Assembly: GCA_034780895.1 (NCBI GenBank)
Contig: JAUZTB010000078.1
Coordinates: forward strand, 5,910,232-5,974,231
Reading direction: 5' to 3'
Length of the DNA: 64,000 nt
Origin: Rhynchobatus australiae
Lineage: Eukaryota
This document shows, piece after piece, positions 50,601 to 61,509 of this stretch; position 1 is the first letter of the stretch, and every line of letters starts with the position of its first letter. A program made the position numbers and the translations under genes. The notes under the pieces were generated by a model, which was given only the letters and a program-made list of their open reading frames with translations, searched no databases and had not been told where the DNA came from.

Positions 50601-53600
50601 GGTTTGCACCTTATGAGTCCTATGACTCCAGGTCTTCAATGAATGACCATGATCCGTACAGATCTGGCTACGGCTATGGTTACGGTGATTCTGGACCTAA
50701 TTATAACGATTCCTATGGAGGTCACTATGACCACTACGACAACTCCTACGGGACTCGCAGAGATCAGTACCACAACAGAGCATATGGTAGCCAACGGGGT
50801 CAGAATTGGTCTAGAGACTGGGCTCCAAATAAGAGAGCAAACTGGAATGACCCCTACATGCAGCCTGGAAGTTCCAGGCGGATGTCTGCGCACTGGAATG
50901 AGCTGTCAATGGGAGGCAGAGGCTACAATGCTGCCTCCTCCACCAGAAACCTCCCTTCGCTCTTCTCCCCAAACATTATCCCCATGGACCTGTTCCGAGC
51001 TCAAGGCTCGGCAAGAGCGTTTGGTGGCAGACAGCGAAGGAGAGACAAGACACGAATCAGAGGCGTAAGTACCTTTCTTAAACACAAAAGAATTTTATTT
51101 TACTCAGTGGCCAGTGGGTATAATCAGTGAAAGATCAAAAAAGCCAAGTTGCAAATTTTTGTGCAGTGCCCATCATCCTTTTTAATATCAGATTAGGTGT
51201 TCATTCTGCTAACATGCTTGACTGTAAATATAATTTTCAAAGCTCCTTCCAGCTTTGGAAGAATTTATAGCTGCATTGATAAGAATTTGGTTAAACATTC
51301 AGGTTTTAAAATGATTGATTGTTTTTAGGATCATCTTCAAAGTAATTCATTGTGTGAAACATTTCAGTGTTTTGATTTGATTTAACACTTTACAAAAGTC
51401 TTGCTTTCTCTGTCACACGTCCCATCCCTCACAGAGCAGTACCTGAGTGAGACATGGCATTGAGTATTGACAAGTTTACAGCATTGCTTGATATTAAGGG
51501 ACTTTACAGATGAGCCTTGAACTTGGTTATAGCTGATTAACAGCTATTGCTGTCATTGCTATCTGAGGGGGATCAGCCTCACGTACAGGGATGCTGGGTT
51601 GGGGGAAAGCCTTCCTGCTTGGGTTAAAAATTGTTCTTTGTATAGTATGCTGTGGAAAAATACCTTTACAGTAGTGGAGAATATAACTTGACAGTCTAAT
51701 ATTTTGCATTTTCAAGCAGTGATTGGGTCCACCAGCATTTCCCTGGTTCTGATTTGAGTTACAGATCAACATGCTTCCAACAAAGTAAATACAGGATCTT
51801 ATAATAACCTTCTGTCTTCTGACCTCAGTTAAATTGAACCCAAAGAAACTCTGGAATTCGTAAAAAGTGCCCTTTTATTTGGCATAAGTAAATGCTTAAG
51901 AGTTTGGAATCTGATTCTAATGCAAGCTGTCTTTGTCTCCTATTAGAGAAAGAAGGTTATAGGTGGTCCAGGCAGGAAGAGGAAACAGTCAACAAGTAGT
52001 ACTGAAGACCCAGAAAACAAGCAAGCAAAAACAGATGATGATGATGGTGAAGATGATGCTGGTACTGTACATTTTTTTTTAACTTATTTGGATCTTGTAT
52101 CCTCTTGGCAATGGAAGGAGTACATGGAAGTTTGTCCACTTGTTTAAGCGAGTACGATTGCTGGACAGGCCCAGATGCAGAAAGTTTGCAGATAGAAACT
52201 TTATTGCAAAAGGAATGGAGAACAAAAGTAGAGAAACTTTGTTATTAACTGTAGAGTGCTTTGGTGAGGCTACTCTTGGTATTTGGCTACAGTTTTGGTG
52301 GTTTTATTTAAGCCTTGGAGGTAGTACAGTGAAGGTTCAATGAATTAAACTTTGGTACAAAGATTTTTTTTCTGACGAATGACAATTTTGCCTATATTCT
52401 TCAGAGTTTAAAAGAATAAGCAATGATGTAAGTAAAACAACTAATTCTGAGATAACTTGGCTATTCCGTGAGGTATTTCCCCGGTGGGGAAATTTAAAAC
52501 TAAAGGATATAATCTCAAAATGAGAGGCTGTCTGTTTAAGATTGAGATGAAAAAGAATTCACTCTCTTGGAGATTATGAATCTTTGGAGTTCACTACCTC
52601 ACATAGTTGTGAATGCTGAGTTGTGTATATTCAAAGTAGAGATATTTTTGTACCATGGAAAATGAGGGATTATGGAGATGAGGCAGGAAAGTGGAGCCAA
52701 CTATAGATTTTATTAAGTGGCAGAGCACACTCCAGAGCCATTTTGATTACGTCAATTTATATGCTTAAATACATTTTACAAGGAATGAGTTTAATATGCT
52801 GACTTCTGTGGTGCAGGGTGTTACATTTTGTAATTGGTTCCAAGTTATAGGATTGTGCTGTAGAGAATAATTTAGATCTTTCCATTCCACAGAGTATATA
52901 AATTGAGAATGTTGTGGTGTTATGTTCAGTAAGCAGACTGTGAAATATTTGTCTAGGATATATGCAAATTAAGTTAATCCTGTGAAATCAGGATTATGGT
53001 TAAAATTATGGTGGTTAGCGAAGAGATGTTACAATTCATTGGAAGAATTAGCACAATGTTATTTCTATAGTTAAAACCCTTCTGTGTTGATCAGATGTCA
53101 TAACCGCTCAAGCAATTGTTTTTGTTGTTTTTGTTTTAGAAGACAAAGAAGATGATGGAGTTGATTCAGTAAGTACTACTTCATTCGACCTTTATCCAAA
53201 ATTATTTAACCAGGGTGCGGATTCATTTTGCTGCTAATTAAACCTAAGAGGTTTGTTTGGTTGTTAAATGGAGAATTGTGATGATGATAGAGAGGAGACA
53301 GAAAATGCCTCTGTGTTACCCAACGTCTCTTTTGAAAGACTTGTGTAAACAATTGCATTTTGTCTGCAATCGTTGTATCTTTACAAACATGTTATTCTTT
53401 CACGGGAAGTAGGTATCACTCCAAAAGCCAACAATAATTGCCCATCCCTAATTGCTCTTGAATTGAGTGGCTTGCAAGATAACCTAAAGGTACAGTTAAG
53501 AACAGGCCCTGTTGTTTGGAGTTATCAAACTGAGGAAAAGGCAGCAGGTTTCCTTTCCTGAAGGGCAGTGATGATCCTTGTTAGTTTTTTGTGACTGCCT

Positions 53601-56600
53601 TGTGGTTTTGTGGTTACCATTTCTGTTGTTAGTTTTTTATTCCAGATATTAAATAGCAAGTTTGATAATTTCAGATTTACTCACATTAAATTCCCTATTT
53701 GTCATTTGAGTCTTATTAGTTTCATGCCTCTGACTGACTTGTCCAGTAAAACAAAACCTCAGTTGACACAGGTGTAATGCTGAGGGTGGTTTGTTGGCTA
53801 AGTAGATTTATTTTACTCATATAGCATTGTTTCAGTATATCAGGAGGAGCGTAGATACAGCTGAACCATATTCATCCCTTTGATGGCGCATCTGTGGTTA
53901 TCATATTTTCCTTTATAACGGTGCCCTCAAAAGTGTTGCACAGAATGTGAGGCATTTTGAACCATTGTGTGAACATAAAGTGGCAGATAAATCCCAGCTG
54001 AATTTTTGTCATGGTGTATAATTTTATTTGCAATAAATAACACTTATAAATGAGGTTGCAGAATCCTGGACCATTCCTTGTAGCTGTAACACCAATACAG
54101 CACCACCTTCAATCACCAGACTTTGTTAACCTTGGATTATCCGGTTCACATGGAAGTAAAACAGTTTGAATTGGTATTCACTCCCTCTCTCCTTGCCAGG
54201 CAGCTGATGACTTCAATTGTCGCTAATGAAAGGTCTTGCATAAAACTGATTAAACTATCAAAATGAATATTTATGAACGGTTGAGTTTTATCTCTCCATA
54301 GTACACTATTGTAATTGAAAATGTGGTACAGCATCATTATCGCGAAATTATATTTACTCTGACAGGGGTAAAGCAAAGGTACATGTAGTCAGACCTGGGG
54401 GTGTGGGGGGGGGTNNNNNNNNNNNNNNNNNNNNNNNNNNNNNNNNNNNNNNNNNNNNNNNNNNNNNNNNNNNNNNNNNNNNNNNNNNNNNNNNNNNNNN
54501 NNNNNNNNNNNNNNGGGCAGCACAAAACTCAGTAAGCGCCTGAAACTTTAAGATACTTGCATTTTTTTCTCAGGGCGGTGAAGACAAGGATCCAAGTGAG
54601 AAGAAGACAAAGCGTTGTAAGTTTGGTTACAGAACCCTGCAGAACTGTTGCATTACTGGCTAATTTCATTAATTAGTAATGTCAAAGTACCAAGATGCCA
54701 ACATATATAATGTGTATGTGTAAATGTTATTCTTCCTACTCATCTTCTTGCATGTTCACAAGAGGATGAGATTTGTGTTGTTTATCCCAGTAGAAGCGTG
54801 CCTGAATTAAAAGGAATTTGCTGTGATCCCTATATTTGTATAGATTGGGAGAGGTTGCCCTGATGCTGGGGGATATCCTGCAGTGGTCCTTTAATGCTTC
54901 CTGTATCATTGCCTTGAGAATCCTCAAAGATATATCACTGGCCTCCAATTTCTTGCTGACCACCTTCTACCTTGTCACTCATCCCAAGATACCACAGCCT
55001 CTAGTCAAATTATCTTACATCAGTCCTGGATGACAAAATTATATTGTATTAAACACCAAGAAGACCACAGCCATATTAGAAAAAAGGGATATTGTTTGTC
55101 CAAGAACAAAAATATCAAGGAATAAAATGCCCCAATCTTTAAAAGTTGCACCAGAGCTTAATAAGGCCATAAAGGGAGCAAAAAAGAACTAAAGTTTATT
55201 CTGAGAAGTGGAGAATTTATGCTACACCTACATTGACCCTTGGTTAGCCCATGTTTCTGGATATTGCACTAATTTCTGATTGATTGCCATATTAGAAAGA
55301 GAACATTGTAGCACTGGAAAAAGGTGAGTAGATTTACAAGAATGACGCCAGAAATGCAAGGTGCATTTCCCGAACAGGTGAAAAGGTTTGTTTCCTCAAG
55401 AAGAGGGGCTTGAATACAACGTGGCGATTTAAAATTTTGTACACGTACAAGTGTGCAACATGACTTGGGTTTTGTTTTAATACTGTAATATTGGTATTAC
55501 CCATGAATGTCTTTCATTGTTTTTTCAAACAGTTCCAACTATGCAAGAGAAGAAAAAGACCGGCAAGCCCAAAAAGAACCGTGACCGCCTTGCAGAGAGG
55601 TACTGCTTGGGGATAGTTCTAGCCAAGTTTAAGAATTGTTGAGAGATCAACATTACAGTTCATGTGTTTTAAAAATGTAATAAGCAGAGTTCTATACAGT
55701 GTACTTAAAAAGTCAAAGTTGACTATGATTTGGCATGTGACCCTCATTATCTCTCCTGTTTCTGCTCTTGCTTTCCTGAGTAGTAGAACTGGATGAGTTT
55801 GGTTATGTAGTCCTCATGAACGTGACAACTCTAGTAATTTTAGAGTTGCCACACTAGTGCTATGGAAGAGGTAACTCTGCTCAGAGCATTCATTTCTCTG
55901 GCAAAAGATTAGCAATGTTTGTGACGTGTAAATCTTGGATGCTTTGCCAGCCACCTTTATTTTAGAAACTTGTATTTGATATTGATTATACAAACATGGG
56001 TTCATTTGGTTAGGTACAAAATTAAATGTATTTGGGAGAGTAAGAAAACATTTCATTAGTTCATGAATTTGGCCAGTGCAGAATGAGTTCCTAAACTAGT
56101 TCTGCTTTGTTTCTTGCAGGATAACATATGCCTGTTCAGTCTGTAAGTTTCGTACATTTGAAGATGAAGAAATTGCTAATCACATGAAGAGCAAATTTCA
56201 TAAGGAAACTTTAAAATTTATTGGGACCAAGCTCAAACCTGAAACTGCTGACTTCTTGGATGTATGTATATTGCTGTGTTTTGAAGTTTTTGCAATGCAG
56301 GATATAAAAGTTGAGGCGTTCCCTTTTAAAACCTGATTATTAAATGGTTCCCTCAGTTTGAAATCTCAGTTGAAGGCTAGGTGACCTTGCCTAAATTATA
56401 ATGCTTGATTACATCTGTGGTCATAATACAATCTGCGGTCTCTTGTAACAAGTTGCTTTCTTTACTTGTTACTCTACTCCTCTACTCTCATAAAAGGGTT
56501 CAGTGATCATGGATTACTGCACAATAATTGTGAACTAAAACCTGGGCCATTGGTTACACTTAATGCAGAGACTAGTTAAGTATTCTCTTTGCCACTTCGG

Positions 56601-59600
56601 CTGATAACTGCTTTGTATTGACTAGGGATTGACAGACCTTCTGATTTGCTTGAAGTACTATTGTTAATTTATTGACTTAAGCAGCTGAGTTTCAAAACTT
56701 CTCATTTAAAATGTGACAAATTTTGGGAGTGTTGGTGATTTGAAATATGATGAATTTTTAAACCAATATTGATCATTGTCTTATCCTATCAAAACAAAAT
56801 TGCTTCCATGCATTTTAAACCGGTGATTCTTGTGCTTTCTGCCATGTGTTACGTTCATGAAAATGTAGACATGTTCAGACTTTTGTAGTGAAATTAATTC
56901 TTTAGAATACTCTTTGGTGATGAAGTAAGTATCCTTTGCCTATTGTGCGGTTTTGAGCTTTGTTAACCATAAGGCGCCATACTTGTCTGATTTTTACAAG
57001 CATGGACAGGCAACGCCTGCATTATGGTTGTTGGGTTATGGAAATTCTCCCTTAGAATTCACAAATCACTGCCCAAAAATTTGAGATACAGAATAAAATT
57101 TGCTCATGAGGAATTTATGGGGGGGCGGGGAGAGTAAGTAAATAAACACAAGATTTATTTTTCTTCAACTTGCATTTCTTGACACATACACAGATAACAC
57201 AGCGTGTTATGGAAAATCTCGATTTTCTGGGACCGTCACCGTCATAACGTGGGGGGTCGCCTATACATGTTCAGCAGCAGTGACTAGTGAACGTATGAAG
57301 ATTGACTTATTTCTTGAGCCAGTTGACTGATCAGCGCAGAACTGAGATCATTCACGTGCCCCATCCGGTCCATGTTCATCAACAATTAGTTGTAGCAATT
57401 GGGGGGATGCCTTTAACTTGTGAATGCTAATCGTTTTTATATTTTGCTTCAGGAATACATTTCAAACAAGAACAAGAAAACGCAAAAACGTCGAGAGCAG
57501 ATAGGAGATGAAACTATTCTCAAAAAGCAACTAATGCAGCAACACGACGTACTTCAGGGTATGCTGGAAACTAAAATATCTTTGGATTAATTTTGTTTAA
57601 ATTTCATTTCTACAGAGTATAAAATAGTTGTGATTTGCTCATAATTTTTTTCTGCAATGATTTGCCCAATTTCTTACAGTGGTGCAGGAAGCAAGCAATC
57701 TGTGAATGTGGAAAATGAAGAGTACAAGCATATAAGCATAAGGAAATAGTAGGAGTGGGCCATCTGGCCCTTCAAGCCTGTCCCACCATTTAATATGATC
57801 AACTCCTCTTCTGTGCCATTTCTCCATATCCTTCTATTCCTCTATGTATTCACTTTAAATACTTCTAGTGATCCAAAGGCAAAACTATAGCCCAGACATT
57901 GTAAAGGAGGGTCAGTTACTCCGCAATACTGTGATTTTATTCTTCTTGCTCCTTTCCTCTTCCCATCCTGATCAAGAAGTTTTATTCTGTTATTAGGTCT
58001 GAAATTCCCTTTGCAGCCACAAGGCTTGAAGGAGTGCCAAGCTTATGAAATTAAAACTCTACAAATACCATGCTTGAACTCTGGCATTAACAATCTGGAC
58101 GGTTGTTACTGGGTAGAATTTTACAATTGGTGTTAGAACTGGATTTATTTTCATTTTTGTAACTGTAAAGTAATGGAAATGGGGTGTCAACCAAAACCAC
58201 CCAGCAGAATATTGCACATGCTGGAAGTGTGAAATGAAACTGAACATGCTTGGGCTTTATCTGAAGTGGCAAACCGAATGAACATTTCAGGTGGATGACA
58301 TTGCTGTTATGAGGGAAGTTCAGTGACCTCAAAACATAGAACACTACAGCACAGAAAACAGGCCATTCAGCCCTTCTAGTGTGCCAAAACTTCATTCCAC
58401 TAGTCCCATTGACCTGCACCCAGTCCATAACCCTCCAGACCTCTCCCGTCCATGTGTCTATCCAACTTATTCTTAAAACTTGAGAGTGAGCCCGCATTTA
58501 CCATGTCAGATGGCAGCTCGTTCCACACTCCCGCCACTCTCTGAGTGGTTATTTATATTATTAATTATATATAATTAATAATGAATTAAAATTAATAAGA
58601 ATGAAATAAATTAATTAATAACATTAACTCAGGTTTACTTGTCTCCAAAAACTTGTGTCTGATAAAGTGGACACAGTATAACTGTTTGGGTGGAGGATTC
58701 CTTCAATTTATTAATCACGTTTTTTGTTTGACTATCACTGAATCTTGGTTCTGCGGCAGGTATTGGTATGGAGCAGTGCATGAAAAAGGTGGAGGCAGCT
58801 CACTGTATGGCTTGTGATCTCTTCATCCCAATGCAGACGGGCTTCATTGGACAACATTTAAGGTCAGCTGAGCACATCAGGAACCGCAAAGTAAGTGGAA
58901 CAGTATCAGAACAAACTTAGTGCAATACCATTCGTCCTGTGTAGTCTATCCCGGATCCCAGTAGAGCCATTCCATTACTCGTATTCTCCCCCTCATATTT
59001 TGTTTGCACCCCACACGATATTTTCTAACGCGTGCCCATCAGCTCCCCTTTGATTCTTTTGCCATTTTGTTATACTGAAAGATGATTTACAGTAAGCAGC
59101 TAGCCTACAGGTATGTCTTTGAGGAAACCAGAGTATCCTGGGGAAGCCCTGGTGGTCAGAAAAAGAATGTACAAACCCCAAATAGACGGCTCCTGAGATC
59201 GGGATTGAAGCCGAGTCACTGGAACTGTGAAGCAGCAGCACTAGCATCACTTGTGCACCTGTTCTCTTGCCACAACCACGCACCTCTCCCCACCCCAAAC
59301 TCCCATGGTTATCCCTGCTATATCGTACTGTTGTGTTCCTGCATTCATTTGAAGGGGGAAGTGGGTATAGAATGGACAGCTAGGCTCGAACTTCCACCAT
59401 TTTCCAGCGGATAAGGTGCTTTATCCTCTATTACTACTTGGCCTGTGGTTGCTAGAGTCACTTTAGGTTGGTTTCCCCATGGCTGCCAAGCTTGGAGAAA
59501 CTCAAACTGCAAGAAGATCCAGAAACGTTTTAATTGAAGTAGGGTTTCGTTGAGAAGTCTGCATGAAGTGCTATCAATATTTGGACAATGGGATCCATCA

Positions 59601-61253
59601 AAAATGTGGTTTAATCTCATGACTCTGTCCAAGCAGTGGATATTTTCCCAGCAGTAATGGCAACGGGACTTTTGCAATGGGGCATTATTCTCTTTGAAAT
59701 GATAAATGAGGGTAGTACTGAAACAACACAACTTTTATTCTTTTTGTTATCCATAAATTCTGACAGGCAGTTGAATTTTGCAGTTTGTTCCTATGTGTAT
59801 AATCACAGACTGGTTACAACACAGAAAGTGTTCTTTCAGCTCATTGAGTGTATCCCGGCTCCACACTAGAGCAATATAGGTAGTTCTACTCCTCTGCCTA
59901 ATAATATTTCGGGTGTTCTTTCTCATGCAGTGTTAGTTGCCAAGGAATTGGAAATTTCCATTGTTTAAAGAAAAATCTGGGGTAAATTTGATGAGTGAGC
60001 AACAGTGATAAGGGGTGTATATTTTGTGTACACTAGGTCTAACCAAGTTTCAGATTCAATTTTCAAACAAAGTACTCAAATATTTGCTTTTCTATAAAAA
60101 GAACATCTGCATGGTTTGTGAATTGTCACTTTTTAACAATGTTAATACTGTGTTTGCTAAACTTTCTAGGTTGCTCTTGAGAGAGCCAAAAAGGGTAGCC
60201 TGGTTATTGCTAAGAGCATCCTGAATAACAGCAACATTGCAACGATGTTNNNNNNNNNNNNNNAGGTAAGAATTTTATGTTGATATAGTGTCTGTTTTCT
60301 CCCAGTATGACAAGAATTTTGCAGTCAAGAAGTATGTTTTCTCAAATTGTGTTTGACCTGCAACAAATTTCTGTCACGTTATCCCAATAACCTGTTAACT
60401 TTGAGTACTGTTCCCTAAAGCATTATGCTTCCTTTGTTTGTGCTTGCTTTCATTGATATAACTTTATGTTCCGGCACCAACACTCATTTTGAAGTGGTTT
60501 GCATAAGCATATTTCAAGTGATATTGTAATATTTGCCTCATGCGAATGAAACTAGTTCTGAAATGAAGAAAGCATTTAGTTTTGACACCCAGGATTTCCG
60601 TTTGAATGGAGATTTTGCTCTAGAATTCCGTACTCTGTTCCTTGACGCTAGGGAAGAAAATCATGCCTCTTGTAAAAGGACTATAAAGCCTTACCTTCTG
60701 GATTGCACCCCTTTGTGGGTAACTGTGATTACCAGTCAACCATACTTAATTTTGCTCATTATAATTCCTTCAACAGGGTGAAAAACCATTCACTGATGAT
60801 CCAGATGACAAAGATGAAGAGGAGGGTGGAATGCATGAGGGTGAAGGTGATGGTGAGGGTGATGGGCTCAACGATAGTACCAATGATGGCGAGAAGAAAG
60901 AAGGGGAAGGTGGAGAAGGAGAAGGGGAGGGAGAAGGTGGAGAGGACATAGGGGAGGGAGAAGGTGGAGAGGGCGGGGAGGGAGAAGGTGACGGCGAGGG
61001 CGGTGAAGGTGAATATGGGGAAGAGAACATCACCATAGAGGAAGGAATAGATACATCTGAAGAACCAGTTAATACTATGGATGAGGAAATGGAGGAGGCA
61101 GAAGGAGACCCTGAAGCTGAAGTAGAAGACTTGGGAGAAGCAGACGATGATGCAATTGAAAGCAAGGACCCCGAGGAGTGTCTTGAAGCTGATGAAGATA
61201 AGATTCTGGAGGGAGAGGATGATGCATTACCATTTGATACAGATTTAGAGTAA
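31819..61253 (+). CDS. AKAP8L: Gene B: complete AKAP95-family (AKAP8L-like) protein, ~650 aa, two zinc fingers and acidic tail
   Basis: 13 exons (31819-31837, 48412-48459, 49489-49705, 50602-51064, 51947-52061, 53140-53168, 54574-54616, 55533-55599, 56120-56261, 57453-57558, 58760-58890, 60170-60265, 60777-61253) sum to 1953 nt in frame; motifs [32 protein letters not shown]. Confidence 0.92.
32740..33300 (-). mobile_element. CR1 3' fragment
   Basis: [29 protein letters not shown]; [11 protein letters not shown]. Confidence 0.85.
35130..37225 (-). mobile_element. CR1 LINE, ~2.1 kb RT-containing fragment with frameshifts
   Basis: ORFs with [54 protein letters not shown]. Confidence 0.92.
38280..39250 (-). 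mobile_element. Degenerate RTE-like LINE
   Basis: Minus-strand VQYTDD RT motif and decayed C-terminal segments. Confidence 0.55.
41920..44600. mobile_element. Cluster of old RTE, L2/CR1-clade and CR1 fragments
   Basis: LQYADDAC at ~43285 (+); AMGxDNI / [13 protein letters not shown] segment at ~42820-42940; CR1 tail 43660-43845. Confidence 0.55.
45515..45680 (-). mobile_element. V-SINE 3' half
   Basis: Close match to 47360-47525. Confidence 0.75.
47360..47655 (-). mobile_element. tRNA-derived V-SINE
   Basis: B-box-like ggttcaatt; V-core TCTGCGTGGGTTTCCTCTGGGTGTTCCGGTTTCCTCCCA; (tatct)-like tail. Confidence 0.8.
48412..48459 (+). CDS. AKAP8L: Gene B exon 2 ([16 protein letters not shown])
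   Basis: ctcttag|AG...CAAG|gtgatt; DSWNTG shared with gene A. Confidence 0.85.
49489..49705 (+). CDS. AKAP8L: Gene B exon 3
   Basis: GYDGYDY...[18 protein letters not shown]...YNR; GT-AG boundaries. Confidence 0.93.
50602..51064 (+). CDS. AKAP8L: Gene B exon 4
   Basis: Within ORF 50582-51130; [11 protein letters not shown]...[13 protein letters not shown]...RIRG|gtaagt. Confidence 0.93.
51947..52061 (+). CDS. AKAP8L: Gene B exon 5 ([38 protein letters not shown])
   Basis: tattag| and |gtactg; basic NLS-like cluster. Confidence 0.9.
53140..53168 (+). CDS. AKAP8L: Gene B exon 6 ([10 protein letters not shown])
   Basis: Long T-tract, tttag| and |gtaagt; phases fit. Confidence 0.8.
54574..54616 (+). 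CDS. AKAP8L: Gene B exon 7 ([14 protein letters not shown])
   Basis: ttctcag| and |gtaagt; 43 nt. Confidence 0.85.
55533..55599 (+). CDS. AKAP8L: Gene B exon 8 ([23 protein letters not shown])
   Basis: aaacag| and |gtactg; 67 nt. Confidence 0.9.
56120..56261 (+). CDS. AKAP8L: Gene B exon 9, zinc finger 1
   Basis: [48 protein letters not shown]. Confidence 0.95.
57453..57558 (+). CDS. AKAP8L: Gene B exon 10
   Basis: [16 protein letters not shown]...HDVLQG; ttcag| and |gtatgc. Confidence 0.9.
58335..58548 (-). mobile_element. Short CR1 3' end
   Basis: aacatagaacactacagcacagaaaacaggccattcagccc tail typical of the CR1 copies here. Confidence 0.7.
58760..58890 (+). CDS. AKAP8L: Gene B exon 11, zinc finger 2
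   Basis: [44 protein letters not shown]|gtaagt. Confidence 0.95.
60170..60265 (+). CDS. AKAP8L: Gene B exon 12 (contains a 14-N gap)
   Basis: [26 protein letters not shown]...; 96 nt keeps frame across the Ns; |gtaaga. Confidence 0.88.
60777..61253 (+). CDS. AKAP8L: Gene B last coding exon: GEKPFTD plus Glu/Gly-rich acidic tail
   Basis: caacag|GGTGAAAAACCATTC; open to TAA at 61251-61253. Confidence 0.92.
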   Translation, partial: GEKPFTDDPDDKDEEEGGMHEGEGDGEGDGLNDSTNDGEKKEGEGGEGEGEGEGGEDIGEGEGGEGGEGEGDGEGGEGEYGEENITIEEGIDTSEEPVNTMDEEMEEAEGDPEAEVEDLGEADDDAIESKDPEECLEADEDKILEGEDDALPFDTDLE

Positions 61254-61503
61254 CTTAGTGTGACTTCCTGAAAAGATGTGGACAAATGATTATGTTCCCC
61301 TGTCATTCTCCGAAGCTTATATTAGTTTTAACGTTTCTCATTGTTTGACTTGCAAGTAGATTTGTTATTGCTGTACTTGAGTTCCAGCTGATTGTTTCAT
61401 AGTTTCAAGAGTCTAGTAAATGCTCCCTATGTACTGTACTGAATGGCTTTTCACAATGATGTAGACCATAATCTCCCCTGAACCTTTGTGTGGAACATTT
61501 TAC

Positions 61504-61509
61504 AATAAA
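61504..61509 (+). terminator. Likely polyadenylation signal of gene B
   Basis: AATAAA ~250 nt after the stop, followed by GT-rich sequence. Confidence 0.65.

Noticed and set aside
60770-61306. Ser/Pro-rich 178-aa minus-strand ORF
   Set aside because: Antisense shadow of the Glu/Gly-rich last exon of gene B
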